Shown here: positions 26,471 to 40,814 of the stretch, piece by piece
How positions within the stretch are numbered: position 1 is the stretch's first letter
How the letters are laid out: each line of letters begins with the position of its first letter
From: Mobula hypostoma
Lineage: Eukaryota
NCBI RefSeq assembly: GCF_963921235.1
Contig: NC_086097.1
Coordinates: forward strand, 80,912,001 to 80,976,000
Length of the DNA stretch: 64,000 nt
Reading direction: 5' to 3'
Notes under the pieces: model-generated
The model's input: the letters and a program-made list of their open reading frames with translations, nothing else
Databases searched by the model: none
What the model was told of the DNA's origin: nothing
Program-made: the position numbers and the translations under genes

Positions 26471-29400
26471 AGTTTTCTTGGCATCAGAGAATCATGCTAG
26501 CACCCCACTAAACATGAAGCAGCTTGAAAAGCTTTAACATCCTGGATCGGTAATGTTTAGGGACTGAATTTATCAGCAAATTTAAAATACAAATTTCCTA
26601 GTTCCTCTGTGAAGAAAACTAAAATATTCTGCTTCCAATGAAAAAAAAACACAAACGGTTTTAAAGGATACACTTAATCAATCTTGTTGCTAAAGGTTTG
26701 ACACTGCACGCTTTCTATTTTCTAAGAATCAATCTATAAATGGAGCAACACTGTCTAAACTGAAATGTTACTAAATATTATACAATAATAGCTTAATCAT
26801 GTGCTATCCAAACCGAAATCTTCTGACATGTCTTTGTGGAGTATTGTTTTGAGTTAGGCATGAAGTGATACAAAACTCACAACACCCACATACACCATTC
26901 AATGCTGTCTGTTAAATAAGGCCAAAAGCATGGAAGTACGGAAGGTTACTGTAATGTAGAACACTGTGGTTATTGGTAATGGCTTCAATTTTACAGCTTT
27001 CTGACAAGACCCTCTGCGTGAACTGACACTTCATCTTACCAATTGGAAGCATCCATGCTTGAACCAAAGCTAATTGATGGCCTTGATGAAACTGGTCAAA
27101 CATATTAAAACGAATTCTGTGAACAAGTACACGGGGCTTGCCTAGGACATCAATCAAATGTGTTTTCAACCATTAAATGCAGAAGTTTGATGTACAGACT
27201 CAAAATAACGGATTAATTTCAGTGAGTTGTATTAAAAGGAGAGTATTATCACCAGGCAAGGCTTCTTTCCAATCATTTATTTCTCTCTAAATTTCTTGTT
27301 TTTAATTAGTAAAACAAAAAAGAAGAAGAAAAAACATATAAATAAATATATTGTTCTTTCACAAATGATCATATAATGACTGGGATCTGGCCCTCTGTTC
27401 ACATCTGTCACTGAAATGCATCAATATTGCCAACTTGTCTTCATACAGTAACCTAACCTTTTTGGGTGAGATCATCAGAGACTGACGGGAAAAGACGCGA
27501 GAGGAGACAGGGCTTCGGGTGACATTGTTAGGTATCCTAGTTGGGCCAGAACAAGCCCACAGAAGTCCTCTGAAAAGTTTTGACTGACAGCAGAGCTTTG
27601 TCCCAGCATTTGGTCTGTCAAACTGTCAATGCTTTCAAATCTCCTTGACAGTCAGATATTTAAGTAGTATTAAAAATGTGTAGAACTACTGGAAAAGAAT
27701 AAAATCATCTAAACAAGTAAAACCAAACCCAAAATGTTAAAACATTAAATATAAATACTTTTTGAAACATAACTGTTTCTTAACTTTTTTCCCCCCACCT
27801 GTATAAAACCCCCATTCAAATGGGCACATGGAACTTGGTGGTTATTTTACAATGTATAGACAATGCTTTTTTTGAAACTACATACAACCTTTACACCTTT
27901 TTGCACCCACAGCAGAGACATCGAAAAGAATTTTACTCAGCATTGTCTGGTCTGGGATTCACCGCTTTTGGGAACCCATTGTGCAGAGTTCCAAATTAAA
28001 TGCACAATACATTTTCAGATGTGAAGACTGTTAGCCAAAGTCAATTGCAAAATGTTTATGTCCTAAGCCCAAAAACTGCTCTAACAGAATGCAGGCAATG
28101 GCAGATTCAGATGACCCCAGGGAAACAGTGGATAGAAAGATGGCCAGCAGGAATACAATGGAACAGTCAATAGAAGGAGAAATGGCACAGAAGAGGAGTA
28201 AGGAATGGGATAGATCAGCCATGTTCAAACTGAATAGTGGGATAGGCTTGAGGGGGTTACAACTGCTCATACTTTCTAAAGTTGTTAAATAAAGTAGTCA
28301 TGGATGTAGGATTCTGCAGCAGCTGACGCGAGGCTGGGAACAGAGTTATGTGCTGTTACAAAGAAAGAAATGAGCAGTGATAGTGAGCATATGGTCATCT
28401 CAGGGTTAAATAATGAAGTCGACTTACAAGCTATCTGGTTCATTTTCGAGTCAGCTGGGACTGAGAGGAGTCAGTGACAAGGGAATGAAATTTCTTGCCT
28501 GAACTGGACAGTAAGTGCTGCGAGTACATAATCAATGTTCCCCATGCTGTGGAGTCACTGTTTTAACAACAGCTGCAGGATTAGTGTGGAGATTGAAAGT
28601 GAATAAAGCTTGTAGTTTTAGATTGGGGAAACTGGAAGTCCATGTTTCCTGGAGGTGCTGCACAAATCCTTCACAGAATACCTTGCCAGCATATTTTAGC
28701 ACGTTTCCATGCTGCTTTGCAGACTTCCTGCTGAGTGGAAGCAAATGCCAGATAAACAGGAAATGTTGGGAGGGGTAAAGAGATTGGATGAGTTTTATTT
28801 GGGGGGGGGGTGGGTGAGGAGCAGGGTCAGAAATAGCGCTAGTAGTTCATCCTGGAATCTAGACGTGTTAGTTCACCAAAAATAGAAGGGCTGCTACTTA
28901 AGTAAAGACTGTCATGACCTCAGCACAAGCCAGAGTACTTTAGAGTGAATAAAGTACTTTTGTAGAGCAGAGATGGATAGTACCGTTGGCAATTGGTTTC
29001 AGGAAGGTCCAGACAACCCATTTCAGTAAAATTAAATAAGGGCAAATATGAGGCAAGGCAAGGGGAAAAATGGAAATCAGAAAAATGCAGATGCTAGAAC
29101 TCTGAATTTAAAAAAAACAATTTCTGGAAACACTCAGCAGGTGTTTCCTGCTGAGCAATATCGACGGAGAGAGAAACACACAGATAACATTTCAGAGATC
29201 CTTAACTGGCAGGAATGATCCTGCTTTTCTTCAAAATAATTCCTTGGGATTATTTATATTTATGTCAGAAAGCAGACAGCGTCTCAAATATTTAAACAGA
29301 CAGCAGCCTGCAGCTTCAGCCCATTTTCCAGCAACTTTGACGGTTATAGCTGCAAAAGTCCAGTGACAGTCATTGATTAAAAATCAAGCTGTCTGGTGGA

Positions 29401-29994
29401 TCACCTGCATTCCGATGACTCAGTTAACACCTTCAAGAACATGAGCACCTTAGGTTTCCTGGATACGCAAGTTTTGATGCATACACTAGCACTCATAACA
29501 TTAAAATAACTCAACTGAAAGTATGCCGAAATTCCTGGGAAACCTGCAGCAAAATTACACTGAATCAGATGTAAGCATTTTATACTTCTGAAGTAAAAAT
29601 GGAAGAAGATGTGGGAATCAGGAAGCATCTATAAAGGGAGAAATGGAGCCAATATTTTGGATTGATGACCTTTAACTGGCTTTGTCTCCAAGAGGAAAAC
29701 TCAGTGAAAGTTCATTTCCCAGCTACATATGTCAAAGCCTTATGTTGGATTTCAGGAAGGTCCAGACAACCCACTTCAGTGAAATTAAATAAGGGCAAAT
29801 ATGAGGCAAGGCATGGGGAAAAATGGAAATCAGGATATACGTGTCATAGCCTTATGTTGGATTTAACCATTTCAGACAAACAGTCTTTTCTGTTTATATC
29901 GAGAACAGCAAGTTTTGATGTTAGGTTATCACCTCTCTCAATAGATACTGTCTGATCAGTTGAACTTTTCCAGAATTCTACTTAGAGGTATACG

Positions 29995-30295
29995 GTCATG
30001 GAGCACTATAGCATAGAAACAGGCCCTTCATTCCATTTATTCCATACCGAACTGTTATTCTGCCTAGTCCCATCATCCGCATCTGGACCATAGGCCTCTG
30101 TACCCTCCCATTCATGTACTTATCCAAATTGAACCCACATCCACCACTTCAACTGGCAGCGCGTTCCACACTCGCACCACCCTCTGAGTCAAGAAGATCT
30201 CCTTCAGATTCCCCTTAAATATGTCACCTTTCACCTATGACCTCTAGTTCCAGTCTCGCCCAACCTCAGGTGGAAGAAGCCTGCTTGCATTGTAT
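29995..30295 (-). mobile_element. CR1 LINE 3' end
   Basis: Similar to 22560-22780 (ccacactcgcaccaccctctgagt..aagaag). Confidence 0.8.
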
Positions 30296-31629
30296 ACTTT
30301 GTTTCCGATTTTCACCAACTGCCCTGGTCTGCACTTCACAGTTCCAACAATAGTTTATTGTTCTCTTTTCTACCCTCATTCATTTCCCACTACTTGCACC
30401 ACTCTAGACAGATCAGTTGTGATCAGCAAGCATACAATGTCTTCTATGAGTTAGCACCAACTGATAACTCAGAGGGGAAAACATATGTTACCTGAACAAT
30501 CTTTGAATCTCCCTCTTGCCTAAATACAAACATTACCTACACTTTCTCCACCCACCTCCCCTCTCTGCTACTTAACAACATGTTTGTTTTCTTGCTTTTC
30601 TCATTCTAATGATATGTTGACTTGGTTTCTCTCTCGATGGACCTACTGGACTTTCTCCAGTCTTTACTGCAGATACCCAGCATCTGTAGCTGTTCTGTTT
30701 CTCAGTTACTCAGCACTTCTCAGTGTACAGCAGGGTATTTTTAGAGTGTTAATATTCATACAAAAACCTACATTTCAACATTGCCCTAAGCAGTTTACTT
30801 TGCACTGCATCTAATTTCATCTCAACAGTTCTGTAGCTGAGTTTTGTTATTCTTTTTCAGTAAATAATCATCTACACGATGAATTGGCTAACTTAAAGAT
30901 TCTTCAATACACGAAGAAAATTAGCATTTGTACAAAACTACCACAAACAGATGGGAGATAAATTTCTTGTCAGGTAGCTGTCAAAGTGCTTAAATAAGTT
31001 TAGGCCATCTGAATGCAGATCTCAGATGAAGCTTGTGTTTGCACCTGTAAAGTGCTCTCAAACGCAGCACCGTTGCCACTCCTCTCCAGTGCCCGTGCAG
31101 TTCTGGGACAGGTGAAGCCAGTCATTAACCTAGTATGCCTGGCACAGCAATACTTTACCCTCTGGGTCCAATTCTCAACATCAACATCATAAATAAGACC
31201 CTTTAAAAGCAGCTGCTCTTCTTCACCACAATACCAAACCAATTACTGGATATGGCCCAACATCCGTCTTTAAGTACTGATGAACAAGATAACAAGAATC
31301 AAAAGCATTTCCTCACTGGTCAATCAACAGAATTATATCTCCTATGAAATGCAAGGAAGCCAGTTGATCTGCCCAGTCCACAGCCACATTCTGATTCCTC
31401 AGTTTACTTCCCTGAAGTATTCCCTTTTCGCCCATTTATTGCCCCTCCCCCTTGCCCACTAACTACTGATTCTCTCATCGCTCACCAGGGAAAATTTATG
31501 GTCCTCAGTTAATCCAACGCCCAGCACATCTTTTGGGACGGGAAGAAATGGCGTAGACAAGAAAAGCTACAGTGAGAACATAGTCACAGGTTGTGACGCA
31601 CAGATACAGGTTCCTTGGCGTAGCATCGA

Positions 31630-32945
31630 GAGAGAACAGAGAATAGAGCACAGTACAACACAGGAACAGGCCATTCGGCTCACAATATTGTGCCGAACCA
31701 CCTACAAAGCAAATGAAAAACAACCAAACACTAATCCCTCCTCCCTCCATCTACCTTACATTTGTCTGTCTGTCTGTCAAAAGCCTCTAATGTTGTTTCC
31801 TCTACCACCATACCAGACAGCACATTCCAGGCATCCACAACTCTACGAGTTAAAAAACTTACCTGTGACATCCCCCTTGAACCTACCCCCCCCACCACCA
31901 CCTTCAACGCACGCCTCCTTGTATCAGACATATCAACCCTGGGAAACAGATACTCTCTGTCCACTCTATCCATTCCTCTCATCATCCTTCAGTCTCGATG
32001 CTCCGGGAAAACAACCCAAGTTTATGCAGCCTCTTGTGATACCACATGCCCTCTAAACCAGGCAGCACCCTGGTAAACCTCCTCTGCACCCTCTCCAAAG
32101 CCTCAACTTCCTTCCTGTAGAGGGGTGACCAGAACACTACACGATACTCCAGATCCACATCCACACCGATCTTTTTGCCCACCTACACTAACCCCACTTG
32201 CCCAATTCCTTCTTTGCCTTGTTTATTTAAGTGCCCATCTAAATGTCCTTGAAATGCAGTAATTTTATCTGAGTTCCATCTTCTCTGGTAGTGATTTCCA
32301 GATATCAAGAACTCTGCGTAAAATACTATCACCCAGATTCCATTTAAACCCGCCTTCCTTTCATCTCAAACTTGTGCCCTCTTGCTTTTGATACATGCAT
32401 AATGGAACAAGGTTCTGACCACCTATCCTATTTATGCCTCTAACTATCTTATATACTTCTTTCAGATTAGCCTTAGCCCCTTTGCTCCAGGAAAACAAAC
32501 CCAGTCAAGCAGACTTCTCCCCATAATTTAAGTTCTCCAATCCAGTAGACATCCCGATGAATTGCCTGCTGCCACAAAACAATAAATTTCACAACATATG
32601 CCAGTGATAATAAACTTGACTCTGGTTCTGACCCCACACTTGTCAGGATTAAATTCCATCTGCCAATGCTCCATCCAACTATCCAATGGATCTATTTTCT
32701 GCAGGGGCCTAGACAACTTCACTTGCTATCCATAACACCATAACAATTTTTGTGTCATCCAGAAAGTTATTAATCTCATCGCCAACATAAATGTCTGAAT
32801 CATTCAAATAAACAGCAGAATTTTCAGCACTGGTTGCTATAGGACACCACTAGTCACAGACTTCCAGTCAGAAAAAGAAAACACCCTGCCACTGTTATCC
32901 TCTGCCACTTGTCACTCAGCCAATTCTGAATCCAATTAGTCAATG
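31630..32945 (-). mobile_element. Two stacked CR1 fragments with a small Rex1-type tail inserted
   Basis: LEYRVVFWSPLY..ALERVQRRFTRVLPGL and WMEHWQMEFNPDKC. Confidence 0.8.
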
Positions 32946-34639
32946 TACAAACTCTGGAGATCAAAAACAAAACTGGGTCGCTGGAGTTGCCAAATATGCT
33001 AAGATGGTGCCATTGTGCCACTCTGTGAAATAGAACATCCCAACCTATTTAAATCTTTTCTTGGAAAGAAGGGAAAAGAAAGAAATCAGAAAATAATTAC
33101 AAGGACATCATGACAGTAGCTGGGATCTTGTGGACAAGTTGATATTCTGCACATCAATGAATGCTGCTCTTGACAGCTACAATATGACACTACTGCTGTT
33201 GTCCTATACGTTTCCGAGTCTGTCATGAATATAGACCATGTACCGTGTGGTATTGACACAATGACACTGCTATATAATCAACAGAATGACTGATGCCTCA
33301 CATTGTACACGTACAACCAAACATACTGGGAAACTACACAACTCGCTTGTGCGCTTCAGAAACTCAACATAAAAAAACAATTATAAATACTCAGTAATGC
33401 TGTGCATTCACCAGCAAGTCAGAATCATTCACTGCATCCTCAGGTCCTCTGGGAGCCTTAGTATGTTCATTGGGCTAGCATATTTGCTTCATCAACATTC
33501 CAGATGCTTTCACTGCACAATTGCAACTATATGGTGCTCTCTTGAAACTTCATTTTCCAGTGAGACTCCTGTGTTCAGAAAGCATTACATTACCAGGAAT
33601 GTGATGCTGTCATGCGTAGGGTTGGGAACATCTGTGCGCGGTCTCTAATCTCTCCCTCCATCTGTATGTATTTGTGTTATCTTTATCACAGATTCATCTC
33701 ACTCATGCTGTAAAATAAGAGCTGCAGCAGGGTAAATTGCATTTCCACTCACCGTTCAAGACAATACATTAGAGAGTAAGTACAGAGGTTTCCATCTTGA
33801 GATAGAGTTGTTTGCAATTAACAGCACTAAAATTATTCACAGCAAGATACTTTAAATACAATCATTCCCTTTTGGCTTGAGACTAAGATTTGTGACGAAT
33901 CATTCTTAACAACTTTGAAATTAATTTGCAGATATACAAAACTGAAATGGGACTTGGAAAAATAGATGTAGGATGAAGTTACCCCTGGCTGCGGTGGGTG
34001 GGACATAAAGTCAACACAACGTCAGCCATTCAGGACTGAGAAAAGAACTAATTTTCTTACAGAAGAATCTTTAGAATTCTCTACTGAAGAAGACAGTAGA
34101 AGCTCAGCCAGCGAGGATATTTCCCCAAGACAGAGTCAGAGAGAGGCTTGGAAATTAAGGAAGGGAACCTAGAATATGACTTGGTGTAGGAAAATGGGAT
34201 TGAGGTAAAATCAGCTATAATTTTATTGAATGGCTATGTAGATGGGAAAGCTGAATGGCCTAACCCTTCTTCCCTTTCTTGTGTTGTATTTTCTCTCAGT
34301 TTATGTTTTCATTAACCTGCGGAGTATCCCTCTGAGGGCAATGTGTAAATTAAGTGCTCTTTGCTTCAGTGTCTGTTGCCATACACCATTGGAACAATAC
34401 ACTGGCTGAAAAGGGTTATATTTGGACAAGGGCTGTTTAGAAATTAAGGGAGGAAGCCACAAACAGATGAATCATCTGGCATCTCAGATAGGTCAGCTGT
34501 GTGGATTGAAGCAGGGTTAGTGCAATTTGACAGAAATAGGATTAATAAAAAGGCTAAAAGGCTACATAGGAGCTCAGGAGGTTCATAGAAATAAAATAAA
34601 ATACCCTACATTTGGATCAAACTGCAAATTATGTGGCAA

Positions 34640-35130
34640 TCCTATCCTTGCGCATCTTGGCTTTACGACAATTGTTCTGGCTGTAACCACAAAAACACTG
34701 AAGAGAGTGGTGGGTAGAGCTCAGCACATCGTAGAAACTAACCTCTCATCCACTGGTGCTCTCCACAATTCTCGCCTTCTCAGTAAATCAGCCAGCATAA
34801 TCAAAAACACCACTCACTTCAAACATTGTTTCCACTCGCCACTCTCATCAAGCAGAGGATACAATAGCCTAAAAGTAGTATCAATAGGCACAAGGACAGG
34901 CTCTATCTCACTGTTATAAGAGAATTGAATGGTTCCTTAGTATGGTAAGCTGGACTCTTGACCTCACAATCTACCTTGTTAGGACCTTGCATCTCATCTA
35001 CATTGCATTTTCTCTCGAACTCTTAACACTTCATTCTGAAAAGTGTTATTGTTTTGCCTTGTACTACCTCAATGCACTGTAGTAATAAATTGATCTGCGT
35101 GAATGGTTCATGTGACAATCATAAAGCTAT
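34640..35130 (+). mobile_element. Rex1/Babar 3' fragment
   Basis: LKRVVGRAQHIV..KSASIIKNTTH..PLSSSRGY. Confidence 0.7.
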
Positions 35131-35577
35131 TTGTCAACCAATGGCAGAAGGCATGCAAATTGAAAGTGAAAGCAGACGGGAAATGACAACTAGTGAAAGG
35201 CACAATGGGAAGAAACTAAACCAGAACATTCATGCCATGGAAAATGACAGTAAGCTCATCATTATAGATCTTGGAAGTTCATATTGCATTAGAGTGACAA
35301 GATAACACACCTAGAGAAAAGAAATCCACACAAACACCCTGATATGAAGAACTGTGAGAATCAAACCTACACCCAACAACTTCAAGATAAAATTGGATAT
35401 GATAAAATTACATCAGTTACTCAGAAGAAAACAAGAAAACCTGCAAGAAGATGAGTATCTAACGCAATATCATGATAATGGTGTATGTAGAGAAAAACAA
35501 AGTGGAATGACCGAAATCAGAGGAAATCCCAAAGGGAGAATCATCACAGAAACAGAAGGAGCTGCCAAGAGATCATC

Positions 35578-35972
35578 TCATAGAACACAGAAATCTACAA
35601 CACATTACAGGTCCTTCAGCCCACAATGTTGTGCCAACCACGTACTCTAGAAACAGCCTAGAATTTCGCTACTGCGTAGCCCTCTATTTTTCTAAGCTCC
35701 ATGTACCTATCTAAGTGTCTCTTAGAAGACCCTATTGTATCTGTCTCTACCACCGTCACCGGCAGTGCATTCCATGCACCCACCACTCTGTGTGGAAAAA
35801 CTCACCTCTGACATACCCTCTGTACCTACTTCCAAGCACCTTAAAACTATGCCCCGTCATGTTAGCCATTTCAGCCCTGGGGAAAAAGTCTCTGGCCACT
35901 CACATGATCAATGCCTCTCATCATCTTATACACCTCTATCAGGTCACCTCTCATCCTCTGTCAGTCCAAGGA
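35578..35972 (-). mobile_element. CR1 LINE 3' end
   Basis: catagaacacagaaatctacaacacattacagg.. tail and ORF2 end. Confidence 0.8.
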
Positions 35973-35974
35973 GA

Positions 35975-37140
35975 AAAATGGAACATTTTGTTCTCATGAA
36001 CAAAAATGGAAAGCCCACAATGAAAATGGGAAGCAGTGTGTTAAACCTTAAGTATCATATAACGAAGAGCAAAAATCTATCTTTTTCAACCCAGAATAAT
36101 TGGATCAAGTGACTGGATGCTTTGAGAACTTGGAATATCACATCAGCACTGTCCCACCCACATGATGCTAATGAGCTGATCCCCAAAGAAAGAATTGATT
36201 AGAGTTGAAAAAACTTGAAAATAGACTCAAAAGAGGTGGAGCAGAAATGGATAATACATGAAGTTACAAAGCTTACTGGTTGAGTGACATCCAATGTGAT
36301 AACAGAGAAACCTGAGAGGAGCTGAGGATATGCCTTGACCTGAAAGACCTTAATCAAGTGATCATGAGAGATCGCAATCCAACCCCAACTCTGGAAGAAA
36401 TCACATACAGTTTGACAAAAGCCACTGTTTTCAACAAATTGAAAAGCATGTGAAGTCTCATGGGGAGGCTTCACTAACGTAGCATGTAGAAATGTGTAAA
36501 TTGAAATGTTGATCCAGGATGTGTTTCAGTAGGAAGTAAATAAGACTTAGAAGCAGATTACAAGGCCCATGATCATCAGTAACTCATTTTGATGGAAAGA
36601 ACACAGAAAGGTTGTCTCAGGCTAATGCTGACAAATGCATCACAAAAGGTGAAAGAATGCCATTTCTTTTGAATAATGCAAGTACCACATGAGTTAAACC
36701 ATGGTTATCAGACATATGAAAGCACTTCAAAGAAGAATGAAGAAACTGTCATGGGATTATGCAATACAAGAATTCTTTGAAACCTCTCATGTTAAAACTG
36801 ATGAAAAAAATGGCAACACAATTGTCATAATCCTAAAAATAGATTTTAACAAACTCAAGGAGAGATTGTGTATCCAATCATACATGTCAGAATTTCAACA
36901 GGAAATTCTGCCATTTTACGGGGAAATGCTTCTCTCAAAAGCCTTAGATCAGCTCCAGTTGATGATGGAAGCCTATAGAATACACATTAGCATAACAAGA
37001 TGTACCAACAAAGAAATGGATATTCACAGTTAGTTATGAACATGAGAAATTGATTGCAGAAAGAGATCACCAAACTCAAAGCAAAACCTAGGTGGAACAA
37101 CATCAAACTTCAGAGATTATGCCATGCCTCATACTTATGA
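35975..37140 (+). mobile_element. Old Gypsy LTR retrotransposon pol remnant
   Basis: 36251-36447 reads IIHEVTKLTG*VTSNVITEKP/ELRICLDLKDLNQVIMRDRNPTPTLEEITYSLTKATVFNKL, the Gypsy RT N-terminal pattern. Outer limits uncertain. Confidence 0.7.
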
Positions 37141-37530
37141 TTTTAGAGTCACCAAGCCATGAGGGAAGGAAACTAGGCCTTAGGCCAATCAGCCATTTAC
37201 ACTTATCCTATTTTATTCTCCCCAGACCCCAGATTCTGTCACTCACCTGAACACTAGGAACAAGTTGCAAGGCCAATAATTTAGCAACCTACCAGCCCCT
37301 GTAGGAGTGAATACAATGAGTATCCTCAACTGTCACGCTGTTTCTGACATGAGCACCCTCAATTCTACTGTGGTGTGTTTGATCCAGCCTAGGTACAATT
37401 CTTGACTGGTAAATCAAGAGAAAGTCATATCCCAGTTAAAAGAACAGCTATTATTCCTGATTAACTTAAGCTTGGCAGTGAGGAGCTTCAGTTGTGAATC
37501 CCAAAATTCATTCCTCACAATTTTGACCAT

Positions 37531-37841
37531 GGCATGGCATGGTACTGTAGCGGTTAGTGTAATGCTTTACAGCACCAGTGATTGGAAGACTGGGGTGTAA
37601 TTCCTGTTGCTGTCTGTTAAGTATGTAAGTTCTCCCTGCGACCACATGGGTTCCTCTGGGTGTTTCGGGTTCCTCCCACATTCTAAAATACGGACAGGCA
37701 AACTATGCTGACGCAAGAGGCACGGCAGCTCTTGCAAGCTGCTCCTAGCCCAGCCTTGGAAAGTGCCGGTCATTAATGCAAATGATGCATTTCATTGTAT
37801 ATTTCGATGTACTTGTGACAAATAGAGCTAACCTTTATCTT
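37531..37841 (+). mobile_element. V-SINE (HE1-like) tRNA-derived SINE
   Basis: Head gtagcggttag, V-domain ttctccctgcgaccacatgggttcctctgggtgtttcgggttcctcccaca, and LINE-like tail gtacttgtgacaaatagagctaacc. Confidence 0.8.
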
Positions 37842-37849
37842 AAAGATGG

Positions 37850-38600
37850 ATATCTTCAAGTGGAGGATATTTCAGTGGTCTTCAGAGATCTGTGACCTTA
37901 GTCTTTAGGAAAGGAGGCACATCTAATGGAGATAAAATTCACAATCACTTTCAGTATGCCAGCACAACCATTGGCTGTCAGAGGAAGATCAAGGCTTCAC
38001 ACTTGACAAAAAGCTTGAGGTTTACTGGACAGCGATGCTCCCTGCCCTTCTGTATGCTTTGGACACTTGGAGTGCCTACAGAAGGCACCTCAAGGCACTG
38101 GATGGATGCCACTAATGCTATTTCTGATAATTTCTCCAAATCCATTGGCAGGATAAGCAAACCAATATCAGTACCTTCTCTCAGGCCAACGTCCAAATCA
38201 CTGAATCGCTAATTATGCGTACTTAATTCTGGTGGGCAGCCTGCATCAGTCACATGCTCACCTATAGAACAAACACTCTGTTTTAGCTTTGCATTGATGA
38301 GAGATTATCTGTTGCATAGAGGAATTAATTCAAGGATGCTCTCAAAGCCTTTTTGAAGATTTGCATGAACTCATGGGAATCTTTGGCCATTACCACACAA
38401 AATAGAGGAAGAGATTTGCAGCGGCAATCCAAGCACAGTGAATAAACTGGAGTGAGCATATTAATTCCTCAATTAGTCACCTATCATGTCATCTGTGGTT
38501 GAGTATGTAATTCCCACATCAGCCATCTCAGCACCCAGAGACATGGAATAGAAACAAGTCCTTCTAGATCCTGATTGACTGCTTAACTGTTGAACAACAA
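37850..38600 (+). mobile_element. RTE-clade LINE remnant
   Basis: KLEVYWTAMLPALLYALDTWSAYRRHLKALD..FLQIHWQDKQTN. Confidence 0.75.
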
Positions 38601-39405
38601 CACATTATATACCACAGAGAAAAAAGGAGAGTGCTCATACCTCAGCAGCCCATGCTTGATAGTCAAAAAATAAATAGAAGGTATGGTGAGAAACAGAGCT
38701 TTGAAACAACAAGATATAACACCTATCCTACTCCTTATCCATCACTTTATCCTCCTCCACTCTTACAACACTTGAGATATTTGTGTTCTCCCAATTCCTG
38801 CCTTTTAGGTATCCTCAGTTTTAATGACCCCATTATCACTTCATTTTCTTTCTGTTATCTTGGTATTAAATTCTGGCATTCTCTTCCAGAATCATTCTGT
38901 CCACCCTAGTTCCTTACAAAGTTCTGTCCCATTATATTGTGGCATGGCTGTATGCCAAAACTTGCTTCAGCTCAGTTCTGGGATATATCACATTGTTAAA
39001 GATATTCTCTGCTGAAGTTTTAAAATGCAGAGAATTCTAAGATGGCAAATCCTGTTATTCTAAAACAGACCGACTCTCTTCATTCTTCTGACCACCGAAT
39101 TCAAACATACTAAGGGAATCCAAGGAAAACATCAAAAGACATGAAATAATATTGCCTATCATGCATTATAAAGTAGAAAGTGAAGCTCAATTCCAACACT
39201 TATACTCCAAACAAATACAGCTTTAGATACAGTGCTCTCAGTAACTTCATCCAAATCATTAATCCAGATCAAAAATAATTTGCTCCTCAGGGGTCAGCTG
39301 CTTTTCCAAACATTTAATAATGGACAAGTCATAAAATCCAACTCTGAAGGTGACAAAATATTGGAGTTTTGGGGTAAACTATGAGGAAACCAGTAATGGA
39401 CTGAA

Positions 39406-40814
39406 GCTAAGTCCCTAGTCCACTCAGCTGCTCACTGCAATCAGATTTTCCCATTCTCCTCTATCAGTGGCCTGTACTTGAGACTCACAATCACCCTTGG
39501 CAATTCAGGTTATGTCACACATTAATCGACTTTACTAGTTATTTTTGCTCTGCCAGGAAGTGCATCTGGTTGAAGTGTTTTCTTGATTTCAAGCAAATTT
39601 CTCTACACCCCTTGATCTCTAGATTGGAGTCATTCTTGTTTGTGGCCTTTTATAAGAGCAGCAGCAAGGAAAATGGATTTGAACTACAATGTTGATGAGA
39701 AACGCAAGGTGTTAAGAATAAGTAAAGGCAAAATAAGCAGGAAGGGGCACAAGAACAGAAGGACTTGGTTTATTGAACATGACAGAGAAGTTTGATAAAA
39801 TGATTTAATAAGAAGTCATGAAAACACAGCATTAGGAACAGGTGATGAGTCCTGATGAAGAGTCTTAGACCAAAACATCAAATGTTTAATGGTTTCCATA
39901 GATGCTGAATGGCTTGCAGAGTTCCTCCAGCATTTTTGTGTTGGTTGCTTGGATTTCCAATATCTGTAGATTTTCTGGTGTTTGTGATTAGGAGCAGGAG
40001 CCAGCCATTCAGATCTTTGAGCCTGTTCCAACCACGGCTGGCCATCTATCTCAATTAAATCTCTACACCCTCCCCCCTCCTCGTACACACCAACGCCTTT
40101 TGCAGTGAGGATAGTATCCACTTGCTTCTTGACTACATTCATTGTCTGGGTATCTGTACTATGGAAAGGATGTGATTGTGCTGGAAAGAGGTAGAAGCAA
40201 TTCACGAGGATGCTGCCTTGACTGAAGGATTTCAGATACTGGGCAAGATTGGGCTTGCCTTCCCTGGAAACACTGCAGCAGAAAATTAATTTTGTTTCAG
40301 GGAAATAGCTATCCACATTGCAACAGCAATGTCTTTAGATGTGCTGAAACTACAATGTCACAGTGAGAATACAAACACACTGGCAGTCATAGCAAAACTA
40401 CCTGTGGAAATTTCTCGACTTTGAGAAGATAATGTACAAAGAAAGAGGATAAGATTGTAATGAAGAGCAGCTGTGAGCAATAAAACTACACCTTTTTGCA
40501 TCAGCTGAAAGGCAAATGGACATATTCCAGCATTGTAGTTCAAATCCATTTTCTTTGCTGCCGCTCTTATAAAAGGCCACAAACAAGAATGACTCGAATC
40601 TAGAGATCAAGGGGTGTAGAGAAAATTGTCTGAAATCAAGAAAACACTTCAACCAGATGCACTTCCTGGCAGAGCAAAAAATAACTTGTAAAGTCAATTA
40701 ATGTGTGACATAACCCGAATTGCTAAGGATGATTGTGAGTCTCAAGTACAGGCCACTGATAGAGAATGGGAAAATCTGATTGCAGTGAGGAACTGAGTGG
40801 ACCAGGGACTCAGC
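39406..40814. repeat. ~288-bp inverted repeat (arms 39406-39694 and 40528-40814) with ~830-bp spacer
   Basis: Manual alignment gives about 16 substitutions and 2 small indels. The arms are not a repeat family I recognise. Confidence 0.95.

Noticed and set aside
39816..40316. 166-aa ORF
   Set aside because: Runs across unrelated repeat fragments (LINE scrap and Penelope terminus); no coherent protein.
39406..40814. Interpreting the long inverted repeat as a MITE or DNA transposon
   Set aside because: No outer TSD, no recognisable TIR terminus and no transposase remnant inside; kept as a local duplication pending a copy-number search.
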